From contig CAWDYC010000003.1 of NCBI GenBank assembly GCA_963806535.1, forward strand, positions 160,001 through 224,000: a stretch of DNA of 64,000 nucleotides, read 5' to 3'. Numbering within the stretch: the first letter of the stretch is position 1; every line of letters starts with the position of its first letter. The notes below the pieces were generated by a model. It did not search any database and had not been told where the DNA came from. It saw only the letters and a list, made by a program, of their open reading frames with translations. Of the stretch, positions 52,359 through 63,900 are shown piece after piece. Source of the stretch: Candidatus Bathyarchaeota archaeon (GTDB lineage Archaea > Thermoproteota > Bathyarchaeia > Bathyarchaeales > Bathycorpusculaceae). Made by a program: the position numbers and the translations under genes.

Positions 52359-53600
52359 TTAAGTCTTCCACTTTTCTTCTCACTTGCTCACTTAAGTCTA
52401 ATGGCGCTCCAAAGACAACCTCGATTGAATCATTGGTGTAATTTTCTTTTGTGACATCAGTTTTTTCATGAAGCCACGAAATAAAGGGCATACACTTACC
52501 GGTCAACGGAACGGATAACTTTGCTTCAACATAGTTCTCAAGAATTTTCAGAATTTCCTTTTTCAGTAAATCAAGGTTTATTTGGCACTTTGCTGAGATT
52601 AAAATGGGATTTTTCGTTTTCTCTTTCAAATATTCCAATTTCTGTTCACGTTCAACGTCATTTATCAAGTCTATCTTGTTTAGCGCAGTTATGGTTGGTA
52701 TGCCAGACGCGCCTAGACGGTCGATTGTCTCCAAACAAACCTTGTGCTTCATCTCAATTTTTTCCATCGGCTCACTTAAATCTAGCATCAGTATTATCAA
52801 ATCTGAAAAAATAGTTTCTTCAAGAGTAGAATGAAACGCTTCAATCAAAGCTAATGGTAAACGATCAATAAAACCGACAGTGTCGGTTAACAGAAACTTG
52901 CGGTTTGAAAACTCTATCATACGCGTCGTAGTTGAAAGAGTAGTGAATAATGCTTTGTCAACTTCCACAGTTTCTTCGGTTAAAACATTAAATAAAGAGC
53001 TCTTGCCGGACTTTGTATATCCAGCAAGGGAAACGGTCAAAAAACCCAGCTCAGTTCTTCTCTCCCGATGAAGAACTCTTTTTTCTCGAATTTTTTTTAG
53101 CTTTTTTAGGATAGTTTGGACCTGCCGTTTTATGGCATCACGGTAAACATCTGCTTCATAGGCTCCGAGACCCATAAAACCAGGCTGCTCACTTCCTTTT
53201 GCCAGTTTTACTTTTTCTTTCGCATGTTTGAGTTCATTTCGCACAGTTGCCAATTGAATCTGAAGTTGCGCTTCAGTTGTAGTGGCTCTATGGGTAAAAA
53301 TTTCGAGTATAAGTTGAAATCGGTCTATAACTTCGACCTTTGTTGCTTTTGCTAAATTGTATGTTTGGCGAGTTTTTAGATTGTTGTCAAAAATTACTTT
53401 CCCCGCGCCCGTTTCCTCAACCATCTGGGTGAGTTCTTCAACTTTTCCAGCGCCTATTTGGTAGCGTGCATCAGGCGGACGAGTTTGTTCTAAAGTTCCC
53501 ACAACTGTGTAACCAGCAGCTTCGGCTAAACGTTTAAGCTCGTCTAAACTTGACTCTTCACGGTTCAGGCGACGTTGAACTATGACGGCTTTCGTTTCGA
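52327..53600 (-). CDS. hflX: GTPase HflX (start approximate)
   Basis: IDRF.LILEIF, GYTKSGKS, LFTTL, DTVGF, NKID; frame continues upstream of 53502 (ELKRLAEAAGY). Confidence 0.93.
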
Positions 53601-54102
53601 AGCCGCCTCCTCGCCTTTATCAATTTGAATGACATCTCCCAAAGTTAATTCTTGACTAGCAGAACGAGGAAGAGGAGTGCCCTTTTCTTCAGAAATCGGA
53701 ACAAGCAACTTGATTTTTAACATATGCTCAAGCTTTGAGGCAAGCTGATTGTTAGGCGCCATCTTGCCAACTTCAAGATTTCTCAAAACTGAAGCTTTCT
53801 CATTTATTCTTTTACCTAATTCTTCGTGGGTGAGACACTAGTTTTTCCCGTGCTGCTCGTATGGTATTTGCGTAGTCTTCCGTGACTTCTTGAGTTAATT
53901 GCACATTAGCGACCATTGGTTTTCTTGAAACCATGCTAATTGGTGCCTGCGGTTTTTTGATAGCTTGTCTGGGAGCAGCTGGTTCTGCATAAACTATTTT
54001 TCCATGTTTTGAGCATTCAACGCAAACAGTTAGTCTTGCTCCTTCAATTACTGCTGTGATTGGTTCATCGTGAATTTTGTGTCCGCAGACTTCGCATCTC
54101 AA
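53580..54102 (-). CDS. archaeal multiprotein bridging factor 1 (frameshift near 53835)
   Basis: CEVCG..VC..C Zn ribbon, IRAARE HTH, KLE..L.I.L, LTLGD. Confidence 0.88.
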
Positions 54103-54187
54103 TGTAGGCTTTCACCTTTTAACTGTCTTTATTATATTGTTATGTTTATACTTGTCGAAACAACAAAAAAGTAATGATGGTGAAAAT

Positions 54188-54649
54188 ATGGATAACACGC
54201 TTGGCAAATTGAGGGCTATTGCTGATTACCAGTTTGGGAAAGGGGTAGGCGCAAAGTTGTTTTCCGAAGATATCCAGGTTCAATATTCTCCAAGAACTGG
54301 TAGAATACGTTTTATCAACTTAAACGGTGAAAGATTAGCTACTCTACGTCCAACTGACGGCTTGCTTTCTTTAAGCATTAAAGCAGCCAAGTTGATGTCG
54401 GAAAATACTTCTTTTGCAAAGTGTTTTGTAACGATACAAAATGAGGTTTCAAAGTTTATTGCTAAGGGAGGAGACGTTTTTGCCGTTCACGTTGTTAAAG
54501 TTGATCCCGACATACGCGCTAAAGACGAAGTCATTGTGAAAGATGAGTCGGGAAATGTTTTGGCGGTTGGTCGAACGCAGCTTTCAAGCGCTGAGATCGT
54601 TGCTTTTAAAACCGGCGTAGCTGTTAAAGTCAGACACGGAATAAAATAA
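54188..54649 (+). CDS. PUA-domain RNA-binding protein
   Basis: IADYQFG, ATLR..DG, G.DVFA.HV, DEV......LAVG, GVAVKVR. Confidence 0.85.
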   Translation: MDNTLGKLRAIADYQFGKGVGAKLFSEDIQVQYSPRTGRIRFINLNGERLATLRPTDGLLSLSIKAAKLMSENTSFAKCFVTIQNEVSKFIAKGGDVFAVHVVKVDPDIRAKDEVIVKDESGNVLAVGRTQLSSAEIVAFKTGVAVKVRHGIK

Positions 54650-54795
54650 ACTATTCAGATGATTTTTTCTTGTTTTTCACTTCAATTTTAATCATTAGAC
54701 AAGCGTCTATGTTTTATGATTAGTTATGAACAAATCACAACTTCATTTATATTTAGCTGCGCAACTAACTAATTATAAAATAAAATGGTGAAAAT

Positions 54796-54894
54796 ATGTT
54801 TGCAATGATCGATTTAGCTTCAATAGGTGTAATAGTCGCTCTATTCGCAGTTGTACTATACAACATCAGATCTGAACTCAAAATCAAAGCTTAA
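54796..54894 (+). CDS. 32-aa single-TM small protein
   Basis: GGTGA SD + ATG; MFAMIDLASIGVIVALFAVVLYNIRSELKIKA. Confidence 0.45.
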   Translation: MFAMIDLASIGVIVALFAVVLYNIRSELKIKA

Positions 54895-55287
54895 ATCAAA
54901 AAGCTGTCGAGGATGAGGAACATGGAATTCAAAAACATACAAGAAGCATTGAGGTACATAAGTCATCAAGCAAAAACCTATCCAAGCGAAATAGAATACT
55001 ATGCATCGGAAGAATACAAAAAAATCTATCCCGAGCTCTGTCGTCTAAATCGTTTACTTCAAGCTGCATATCGCGTTCATAATTAATTCCGAGGCTCAAA
55101 ATACACACATTAAAGCTTGAAAAAAGGACAAATCTAGGTCCTTGATGTCGCATCCTATTTTGTTCTCTTTTTTTAAATTGAGTGGTTAGCAAATAGAATT
55201 TGGGAAAGATTTGAGTGAAAATCTGGTAAATCAATTAATAATTTGTCTCGTAAAAGAAGTAGAAAACAAGCAAAGAAGAGAGTAAGA

Positions 55288-55590
55288 ATGAAGCAGGCAC
55301 AAGTGTATAGATTGGATTTAACCAAAATAAATGGCAAAGGAGACTTCGCCTGCCCCAGATGTGGAGCAGCCATATCTCCAGATGATTGTACAGAAGAGGC
55401 ATACTCCATTCTGGAAGCGAAAGTCGATAACCAAGGTTTGAACGAGTTGGAGATCCAGTGCAACTCGTGTTCAAGTTTTCTCTACCTAACTGGTTTTTCT
55501 TTGCTGCAGGAGCTTTTAGAAAAAGATGGAGAGAAACTTGTGAATAAGAAAAAGAAGAAACTCAGAACCTCCATTAATCAAACAAGATAG
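55288..55590 (+). CDS. zinc-ribbon hypothetical protein
   Basis: GDFACPRCG..ISPDD, IQCNSC..L.LTGF. Confidence 0.7.
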   Translation: MKQAQVYRLDLTKINGKGDFACPRCGAAISPDDCTEEAYSILEAKVDNQGLNELEIQCNSCSSFLYLTGFSLLQELLEKDGEKLVNKKKKKLRTSINQTR

Positions 55591-55911
55591 TATCTTACAA
55601 TAATTTTCATGGCAACGATGAAGGTTAAGTTTACTCAAGGTATTCGTTGCTTTTTTGTTAAAATATTATAGGCATTACGCTCCTTACCAAACATGACATC
55701 CTGGCGTGGATTTCTCGAAAAAACACGTCATCCATGCCAAATTGACAAGTCTATGTTAAGAATTAGCTCCAAGACAAAAGTCGTTCCAGCCAAGTTTACC
55801 GAGTGTAATCACAATAGACTGCAAAGATGATCTTTACAAGACATTAGTTGAGGTTAATTGCAAAATTTTTGTTCAAAATTTGTTATATTTCACCTAACAC
55901 TATTACGGTGT

Positions 55912-56141
55912 TGCAGGTCGGGGAGCACGCTTTAATCGTGATGCATTGAGGCAATGAGTGTGTCAATTAAAACAGCGAAAAATTGATGCGCGACAAAAAC
56001 ATTGCTTTGATGGGCTGGGCATTACAATGTTGCAGTGAGGTTATGAGCAGCGTGGTCAAAACGGTGAAAGACCATGTTGCGACTAAGACATAGCCTCAAT
56101 GGACCGCGAACATAAAAGTTAAGGCTCAGACCCAACCTGTA
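55912..56141 (+). ncRNA. putative structured non-coding RNA with two tandem pseudoknotted domains (family unrecognised)
   Basis: 5'/3' closing helix; two units offset by 89 nt with identical element lengths and compensatory changes; TATA-like box at 55883, pyrimidine tract at the 3' end. Confidence 0.7.
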
Positions 56142-56306
56142 CTTTCTTCTCAAAAGAAATATCATGTTCGCTTTTTGGTTTGAAAATATGGAATGATGAA
56201 GAAAAGTCCATTAAACTGTTGAGAACAAAATTCAAACGAATAGCTTAGAAAAAAGTTAAGTTTATATCAATTACTACAGCAGAATAGTTCTTGGAAGTTA
56301 GACTAT

Positions 56307-56672
56307 ATGCATAAGCGCATGAATCCTCGAGAGCAAAAACGTATGATGCAACGTATGGGCATGAACATGGACACGGTGCCCGACGTTCAACAAGTAATTA
56401 TCAGGACAAATAACAAAGACATAGTAATTGATGAGCCAGAAGTCGCAATTTTAGAAGTTCAGGGGCAAAAAATGTACCAAATCATCGGTGGGCAAGTTTC
56501 AGAGCAAGCGCCATCAAAACGTCAATCTGCAGCCGCTGCTCAGCCAACCTTTTCTGAGGAAGATGTAAGGTTGGTGGCAGATCAAACTGGCAAAAGCTTG
56601 GAAAAAGCAAAAGAAGCACTTGAGGAGTGCCAAGGAGATTTAGCAAAAGCAATCCTGCTACTTCAATCTTAA
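56307..56672 (+). CDS. nac: nascent polypeptide-associated complex protein
   Basis: MNPR...MM.RMG, NAC domain, C-terminal EEDV.LVA.QTG..GDLA.AI. Confidence 0.93.
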   Translation: MHKRMNPREQKRMMQRMGMNMDTVPDVQQVIIRTNNKDIVIDEPEVAILEVQGQKMYQIIGGQVSEQAPSKRQSAAAAQPTFSEEDVRLVADQTGKSLEKAKEALEECQGDLAKAILLLQS

Positions 56673-56709
56673 GTTTCAAGGTTATATCTGAGATATCATA
56701 TTAATCTTC

Positions 56710-57648
56710 ATGAAGGGCTTGGCAGTGCTTCAAAACGTAGATGTAGCTGTAGTTGGACACCTCTGTATCGACACAATAATATTGCCATCCAGAACAGCGT
56801 CGTTTGTTGTTTTAGGAGGAGCAGCAACATACACTTCTTTTGCAGCCAAACGTTTGGAAGCAACAGCCTCTGTGATTTCGAAAGTCGGCGGGAGTTTTCC
56901 AGATGCTTATTTGTGGTGGCTCAAACAAGAAGGTATTGATATTTCAGGAGTTACAAAACGGGCGGATGAGTCGACAACATGTTTTGAATTGACCTACAAC
57001 TTGGACTTATCTGAAAGAAATCTGAAACTGAAAAGCAAAGGAGCACCAATCGGCTTAGCTGATGTTCCAAGAGATTTGCAGGCAAAAGCCATCCACATCG
57101 CACCTATTGCCAACGAAGTGTCACTCGAAGTAGTTGAGCACCTCAAGAAATGCGCTGATGTTTTATCAATTGATCCACAAGGGCTACTTCGAAGCTTCGA
57201 CGAAGCAGGAAACGTGACGGAAAATGCCTCCGTTGACAGTCAAATATTTGGTCTAATTAACATTTATAAGTCATCACAAAACGAAATTTACCAATTAACT
57301 GGCGAATCAGAATTAAAACCTGCAATAAGAGCGATTCATGATGTTGGAGTTGAAACCGTCATAGTCACGATGGGCGCAAAAGGCTCATTGCTTTCAGTTG
57401 AAGGAGCACAATATAATATTGCAGCGTGCCCTTCACAAGTTTTTGTTGACCCAACAGGCGCAGGAGATGTTTTCATCGGCGGTTTCCTAACAGAATACCT
57501 GCGACAAAAAGATTCGACTTGGTGTGCCTGCGTTGGTTCAGCTGCTGCTTCGGTTGTTGTGGAAGGATTAGGTCCTACCTATTTTGGCAAAAAAGAAGAA
57601 ATTTATCGCAGAGCCAAAACTTTGTATGAAAAAGAACTTAAGCAATAG
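56710..57648 (+). CDS. PfkB-family carbohydrate kinase
   Basis: GGAATY, DPQG, VTMGAKGS, DPTGAGD. Confidence 0.9.
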   Translation: MKGLAVLQNVDVAVVGHLCIDTIILPSRTASFVVLGGAATYTSFAAKRLEATASVISKVGGSFPDAYLWWLKQEGIDISGVTKRADESTTCFELTYNLDLSERNLKLKSKGAPIGLADVPRDLQAKAIHIAPIANEVSLEVVEHLKKCADVLSIDPQGLLRSFDEAGNVTENASVDSQIFGLINIYKSSQNEIYQLTGESELKPAIRAIHDVGVETVIVTMGAKGSLLSVEGAQYNIAACPSQVFVDPTGAGDVFIGGFLTEYLRQKDSTWCACVGSAAASVVVEGLGPTYFGKKEEIYRRAKTLYEKELKQ

Positions 57649-57686
57649 CGTATATGTTCGTAGTAAAATGTACTGAGGCTTTGAAC

Positions 57687-57893
57687 ATGGGTCGCATAGA
57701 AAAAGGACAAAAATGCACTGTGACAGGCTGCGGCAAAGAAGCTGCCCGCTCAATATCAGCTGACAAAGTTAGGGGTGCCGGCTTAAGTGTTGGCAGCAAA
57801 GAAAGCCGCGCTTACATCTGCAAAGATCATTATAAAGAATTCAAAAAGAAGACTAAGAAAGACAAAACGCTCGAGAAATGGCGTTACGGTTAA
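57687..57893 (+). CDS. small conserved zinc-binding hypothetical protein
   Basis: CTVTGC...YICKDHYK; co-oriented between pfkB and thrS. Confidence 0.7.
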   Translation: MGRIEKGQKCTVTGCGKEAARSISADKVRGAGLSVGSKESRAYICKDHYKEFKKKTKKDKTLEKWRYG

Positions 57894-57908
57894 GAAGAGT
57901 GAAGTACC

Positions 57909-59807
57909 ATGCGAATACTACAGTTACACTCTAACTTTATAGTTTTCAAACCTGTTCAAAAAGAAATAGCTATTGCTGAGGAAGCGGAACAAAAAGAAAA
58001 CCGCGTAGAAGAGGTTGTCGTTTTATTTACGGCCATTGAAGAAGGCGACAATATCCAAATTGGGCATAAAGCCATTGATGATGTGCGGGCTTTTTTAGGT
58101 AAACAAAAGACAAATCGCATTCTCATTTACCCGTTTGCTCATTTAAGCAGTAATCTTTCTCAGCCATCGGAAGCTCTCAAAATAATTAAAGATATGGAAG
58201 GCTATGCTAAAGAGAAAGGAATTGAGACCCACAGAGCTCCTTTTGGCTGGAACAAACAATTCACGATCTCCATCAAAGGGCACCCGCTTGCTGAGCAAGC
58301 ACGCTCCTATGCGCCAACGGTAGTTACTGTTGAGACACAAGCCGAAGGCGTATGCAAAAAAGAGGAAGAGCCAGTTTCCGCTGCACTTAAAGCTGAAGAT
58401 AAAATGCAGTCGTTCTGGCACGTTATTTTGCCTGACGGTTCTTTGGTTCCTGTTGAAGAATTCAAGTTTAAGGGTCATGTTAACCTGCAAAAGTTTTCTC
58501 AGTATGAAATTAAGAAGGCTAGGGCAGTGACTCAGATGCCGCCTCATGTTACATTGATGAAGAGGCTGGAAATAGCAGATTACGAGCCTGGAAGTGACCC
58601 TGGAAACATCCGTTGGTACCCTAAAGGACGCATGATAAAGTCTCTGCTTGAGCAATATGTTAGCACAAAAGTAGCGGCTTACGGTGGAATGGAAGTAGAA
58701 ACCCCAATCATGTACGATTTCAACCATCCAAGCCTCAAAAGTTACTTAAACCGTTTTCCAGCCCGCCAATACGTGCTAAAATCAGAAGACAAAGAACTTT
58801 TCCTACGTTTCGCAGCCTGCTTTGGCCAATTCCTAATGGCACACGACGCGCAATTCAGCTATAAACAGCTCCCAATCAAACTATACGAATTAACTCGCTA
58901 CAGTTTCCGGCGAGAAAAAAGCGGCGAAGTCGTCGGCTTAAAGCGTTTACGAGCATTCACAATGCCCGACTGCCACGCCTTCTGCACCGACCTTGACCAA
59001 GCCAAAAAGGAATTCATGATTCGATTCAACCTCTGCATAGATGTCCTAACCAACATAGGCTTCACTAAAGACGATTATGAAATAGCCATGCGTTTCACAA
59101 AAGCCTTTTACGATGAACACAAAGATTTCATTGCTGAACTTGCAACAACGTTTGGCAAACCTATGCTCGCTGAAGTTTGGAATGAACGCTTCTTCTACTT
59201 CGTCCTGAAATGGGACCTGAACTTCGTTGACAATCAAGACAAAGCCGCTGCCCTTAGCACAGACCAAATAGATGTGGAAAACGCTCAACGCTATGGAATA
59301 ACTTACGTTGACGAAAAAGGCGAAAAACAATACCCGCTAATCTTGCACTGCTCTCCAAGTGGCGCTATCGAACGGGACATTTACGCATTACTGGAGAAGG
59401 CTTACCGAGAGCAGATGACTGGTAAAGCACCGATGCTACCGCTTTGGCTTTCGCCAACTCAAGTAAGGCTGATTCCAATATCTGATAAGTTCTTGGATAA
59501 GTTGGATGAGCTTGCCAAGCAAATAGGTTCACATTACATAAGAGTAGACATTGACGACAGCGCATCAACTTTGCAAAAGAAAATCCGGGAAGCAGAGCAA
59601 GAGTGGATACCATACATTATTGTTGTAGGCGAAAAAGAAGTTGAATCAGGCATGCTGTCCGTTAGAGATCGCGAGCTTAAAGGTCAACAACAGAACATGA
59701 CAACTGACCAGTTGATAGCGAAAGTCACCGAGAAAATCGCTGGCAAACCTTTCAAGCCTCTCCCGTTGCCCGTCTATTTGTCTAAGAGACCACAGTTCCA
59801 CGGTTGA
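57909..59807 (+). CDS. thrS: threonine--tRNA ligase (archaeal type)
   Basis: YPFAHLS editing domain, LRFAACFGQF, FRRE..GE..GL.RLR.F.MPD.H, HCS.SG.IER. Confidence 0.97.
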   Translation: MRILQLHSNFIVFKPVQKEIAIAEEAEQKENRVEEVVVLFTAIEEGDNIQIGHKAIDDVRAFLGKQKTNRILIYPFAHLSSNLSQPSEALKIIKDMEGYAKEKGIETHRAPFGWNKQFTISIKGHPLAEQARSYAPTVVTVETQAEGVCKKEEEPVSAALKAEDKMQSFWHVILPDGSLVPVEEFKFKGHVNLQKFSQYEIKKARAVTQMPPHVTLMKRLEIADYEPGSDPGNIRWYPKGRMIKSLLEQYVSTKVAAYGGMEVETPIMYDFNHPSLKSYLNRFPARQYVLKSEDKELFLRFAACFGQFLMAHDAQFSYKQLPIKLYELTRYSFRREKSGEVVGLKRLRAFTMPDCHAFCTDLDQAKKEFMIRFNLCIDVLTNIGFTKDDYEIAMRFTKAFYDEHKDFIAELATTFGKPMLAEVWNERFFYFVLKWDLNFVDNQDKAAALSTDQIDVENAQRYGITYVDEKGEKQYPLILHCSPSGAIERDIYALLEKAYREQMTGKAPMLPLWLSPTQVRLIPISDKFLDKLDELAKQIGSHYIRVDIDDSASTLQKKIREAEQEWIPYIIVVGEKEVESGMLSVRDRELKGQQQNMTTDQLIAKVTEKIAGKPFKPLPLPVYLSKRPQFHG

Positions 59808-59885
59808 TAAATGAAACGTATGGTTCATTGACGCAAAATATATCAAACAATTGAACAGTATGAAACATCAAGAAGTGTAAACCAA

Positions 59886-60770
59886 ATGGACAAAGAATTA
59901 CAAGTCTACATAGACGGACAATTCTATCCAAAATCACAAGCCAAAATTTCCGTCTATGACCACGGGTTCCTTTACGGAGACGGAGTTTTTGAAGGAATCC
60001 GAGAATACAACGGCGTTGTCTTCAAATTGAAAGAGCATATTGACCGCCTTTACCGTTCAGCACACGCCACAATGTTGCAAATCCCATTAACAAAAGAAGA
60101 AATGATTCAAGCCGTCGTTGAAACTTTAAGAAAAAACAAAATGAAAGACTCTTACATACGCTTGGTAGTCAGCAGAGGAGTTGGAGACCTCGGCTTAGAC
60201 CCACGCAAATGCCCCAAACCCACAATCATAATCATCACTGACACAATTAACATACGAGCAGGCAACGCCAAAGAAACAGGCATCACAACCATGTTCTCAT
60301 GGGTCCGCAGAAACCCAGTTGACGCGACCACGCATGAAGTAAAATCGCTTAATTATCTAAATAGTGTGTTAGCAAAAATTGAAGCAAACGTGTGTGGCGT
60401 TGACGAAGCAATCTGTCTTGAAGGCAGCGGTTGCATTGCTGAAGGGGTCGGCGAAAACGTTTTCATAGTTAAGAATGGCGAATTGCTGACACCGCCAAGT
60501 TCAACAGGAGCACTTGCAGGCATCACCGCCGAAGCAATCACAGAACTCATCGTCAAAATGGGTTGGAAGTTGACAGTTACGAATTTAACGCCGTTCATGA
60601 TGTTTACCGCTAACGAAGCATTCTTCACCGGAACAGCCATGGAAATGGTACCCATACGGGAAGTCAACAAACGCATAATCGGCACAGGCAAACCAGGACC
60701 AATCACAAAGAAACTAATGGCGGAATTCCAAAAAGTCATCGAAGACACAACACAAGGCACAAAAATCTAA
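59886..60770 (+). CDS. ilvE: branched-chain amino acid aminotransferase
   Basis: DHGFLYGDGVFEG, KSLNY, EG.GENVF, LAGIT, FFTGTA.E. Confidence 0.93.
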   Translation: MDKELQVYIDGQFYPKSQAKISVYDHGFLYGDGVFEGIREYNGVVFKLKEHIDRLYRSAHATMLQIPLTKEEMIQAVVETLRKNKMKDSYIRLVVSRGVGDLGLDPRKCPKPTIIIITDTINIRAGNAKETGITTMFSWVRRNPVDATTHEVKSLNYLNSVLAKIEANVCGVDEAICLEGSGCIAEGVGENVFIVKNGELLTPPSSTGALAGITAEAITELIVKMGWKLTVTNLTPFMMFTANEAFFTGTAMEMVPIREVNKRIIGTGKPGPITKKLMAEFQKVIEDTTQGTKI

Positions 60771-60969
60771 ATTTCTTTATTTTTTGATTTTTACGTTTCC
60801 TCACAAATCCTCCTAAGCCGTTGAAGGTTTATTCCAATTCGAATCGGCGGCAGAAAGACTGTTCAAGTGTGTCCCTTGCTATTGACGTAGACGGGGTCGA
60901 ATCCTGAGACGTTAAGGATTCAATGAATTAGCTAAAGAAATGAGTAAGCTGGCTGCCCCTTTACCCAAT

Positions 60970-63900
60970 TTACTGTCCAATGTATGAAGTGCTTGCCATC
61001 ACGTCGTCGATGTAGAATGCAGGCTCACCGTTGGCAGGGTAAGCATAAGAGTAAATGCTGATTAAATCGAAGGCTGTTTCCGAACCATTATTGAAGTTTC
61101 CGTTCACAACTGGTTCAGCGTTATAGTAAAGCGTGAAGCTATTAGAAGTTAGAGCAATTTCTAAAGAGAACCACGTGTTTGCGGTAACGTTTACTGTTTG
61201 AGAGTAGGTATAGTAGTGTGTGTGGCTTGTGCAGTTGTAATAGTCTATTCTACACTGATTTGCTGCTAAGTTTAGCATAGGCCTAATGTAATCCCCACTT
61301 TGAGAGTCCACCTCAGCCAAAGTGAAGTATCCGCTTCCTGAAATGTCAGCTAGGTTCATGTAAAATCTAAAGTCTAACGAAGATTGGGCAAGGACGCTTT
61401 TAGTCAGGAAGGCGTATTTGTAAGCAGGTTTAGCTGGGAAATAAACGCTGCAGTTTCCCGTGTGTGCTTGTGCAGTGGAGATTGTTGGCATCACGCTGGG
61501 TGGGTTACCAAAGTATGTATCCCAGTTGCTGAAGTCGCCCGATTCAAAGCCGTCACTAAATATTGGCGGCGGCGTCTCAACAGTTAAGGTTGCGTTGTTT
61601 GAGCTTACACTTGCGCCTGCGTCGTCGGTGCTGTCGGCATAGACGGTGGCGCCTGATAAGTCAATATCTGTGGTTCCGCTGCCAGTCACATTAAACCAAA
61701 GTGTAGCCAAAACACCCGATGAACTCGTAGATGTAGCTTCAGCTCGAATAACCTCACTCAGTCCCCCGTTTAAGACACCATTAACGTTATCAAACAAGTC
61801 AGGCGAATCACCAATAAAACTGGTTGAGCCCCCAACCGAATTATTAGCTAAGAAGCCGCCTTCCTGTACCGCCAGCAACTGCATCACACTGCTGTTCCAG
61901 GACACATCGGGCAGAGACCAACCCCAAATATTCGATGCATTATCTATTCTGACGTCAACTTGAATGGTTGAGTTAATAGGGTTCGGGCTAGGACCAACCG
62001 ACCAAACAGTATTGTTTGCGCCACCCTCAACTGCGCTAACAACCCCAGAAGGCGCTGATAAGTCGTCTGTAAGACTTCTTTGATTGATGGTTTTTGTTAG
62101 ACTATACGTGGGGTTGTAGTACTTGATGTAGGCTGCAACAAATTTAATAAAATCTGTGCCATCGACCTTGCCGTCACAGTTAATGTCAGCCAACGGATTA
62201 AGAGTTCCGCTACCCGCATAGTATTTAATGTAAGCTGCACAGAAATAGATGAAATCTGTACCATCAGCTATGCCATTAGGAATACGTTGAGTCTGACCAG
62301 GAAGAGGCGCATACGTATTATTGGTAGAATCGACGTCTAACCCACCTGAATTGTCTGCTAGCGACAAAGCTGCAAAGCCGCTTCCCGTTAAACAGTCATT
62401 AATATTGTTTCTAATATAACTGGCAAAAACACTCATAGCTGAATCAGCCCCAACATTCCTGATTAAATTTGAATCAGTAATTATCCAAAGCAGATTCATC
62501 GGATCCAAATTTTGTCCCTTCGGCGGCAGGTTTCCACTATATCCAACAGCCCACAACTGCAAATTAGGCATACTTCCCCATTCATCGATCGACGGCGGCC
62601 TATCCACCAAACCCACATCAAACAAACCGCTAGCTACTCCGCTATACACGGCATTATCAGAATCCCACGCTACACCAACCCCGCTGATTGAACCAGAGCC
62701 CAAACCATTATAGTACTGCGGAAAACTTGAAGCTGCTCTCGAGGCAACAGAAAAAAGCGTGGAAGAAGAGCAACCTACGGAGAGACTAGGAGTGGATTGA
62801 GACCCAACGTTTACTGGGAGAGTAGAGTAGCTGCCGATTGGTTGGCCAGAATTAGTGGTGGCTGTGAATTTAACGGTGTAATATCCAGTAGTCGACCAGC
62901 GGTGATATGCAACTACGTACATGTCGTGTGAACTGCTTACATGGTTTGTCGAGCCGTCTCCCCAGTCAAAGACATACGTTAGAGGGTAGTCTTGAGTATT
63001 AGCAGTTGTGTAGGCAAGAAAGGCGTATAGCGTATTACTGTCTATTTTTGTATAGACTATATTGTTGGATGTAATAGTATTCGTCACAAGAGAGGCAACG
63101 CCAGCAAATAGAGAATAAGGACCAAGAATGCTAGGTCCTGTATTAGAAGAGGGAAAATAAGCATAAGTCAAGGTCTGAGAATAATCAACAGTGCAAAGCG
63201 CGATTGGATATGTATCCATATCTTGACCGTTGTCTTGAGGCAAAGCGTAGTATCCAATGGTTACCTCAAAATTGAAATTTAAAGAATATATCCCAAATTC
63301 ATCCGTAGGCGGAATCAATTGGAATGGACACTGCAGGGAAACTCTATCGCTTCCACTCGTATAAGTTGGTTCATAGTCCTGTTCAATGTAAGCTCCGTTA
63401 TGACCATTGGCATCTGATCTGTAACCTGTCGCTATGCCATTTCCATCGGAGCTTTGTACGAGATATGCAAGTGCTGATAGCGAAATACCATCGTCTGGAA
63501 TCATGGTTAAAAGAAAACCAGCCATATTGGCTATATTCGGTGAATAAATTGTACCGCCTCCAGCAGGATTGGAAGCATAATTTAAGTTTGAAAACTGCCA
63601 CTGCGAGTTCATCTGGCCGCTGACAGGATTGGTTCCTGATACGCTTATTTTTACATTCATAGGCCACATTACTCCCGATCCGTACTGACCAGAGCCAGGA
63701 TATGCGTCTACGAGTATAGAAGGAACGTAAACTAAGTTTGCTCCATATCCTCCGTTGCTACTGTAGGCAACTGAATATGCTACCTTCGCTACAACTTGTC
63801 CGGCGTACTCATCATGGCCGTACTCTTGAGCATCACTCGGACCTATTATCTGCTGAATCCCCGGAGTCGTCGTCAAACCCGGCTCAGAATAATAATCTGC

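Noticed and set aside
857-54102. Frameshifts in hisC/B/H/A, ino1, the acyl-CoA ligase, ribK, mbf1, intC and others as pseudogenisation or programmed frameshifting
   Set aside because: Single-base indels are scattered evenly through otherwise well-conserved housekeeping genes, often at homopolymers; this is best explained by long-read consensus error.
60882-60915. Hairpin with a T-arm-like GGGTCGAATCC as a tRNA fragment or att site
   Set aside because: No cloverleaf and no second copy in the window; it may be a terminator-region hairpin between convergent genes.
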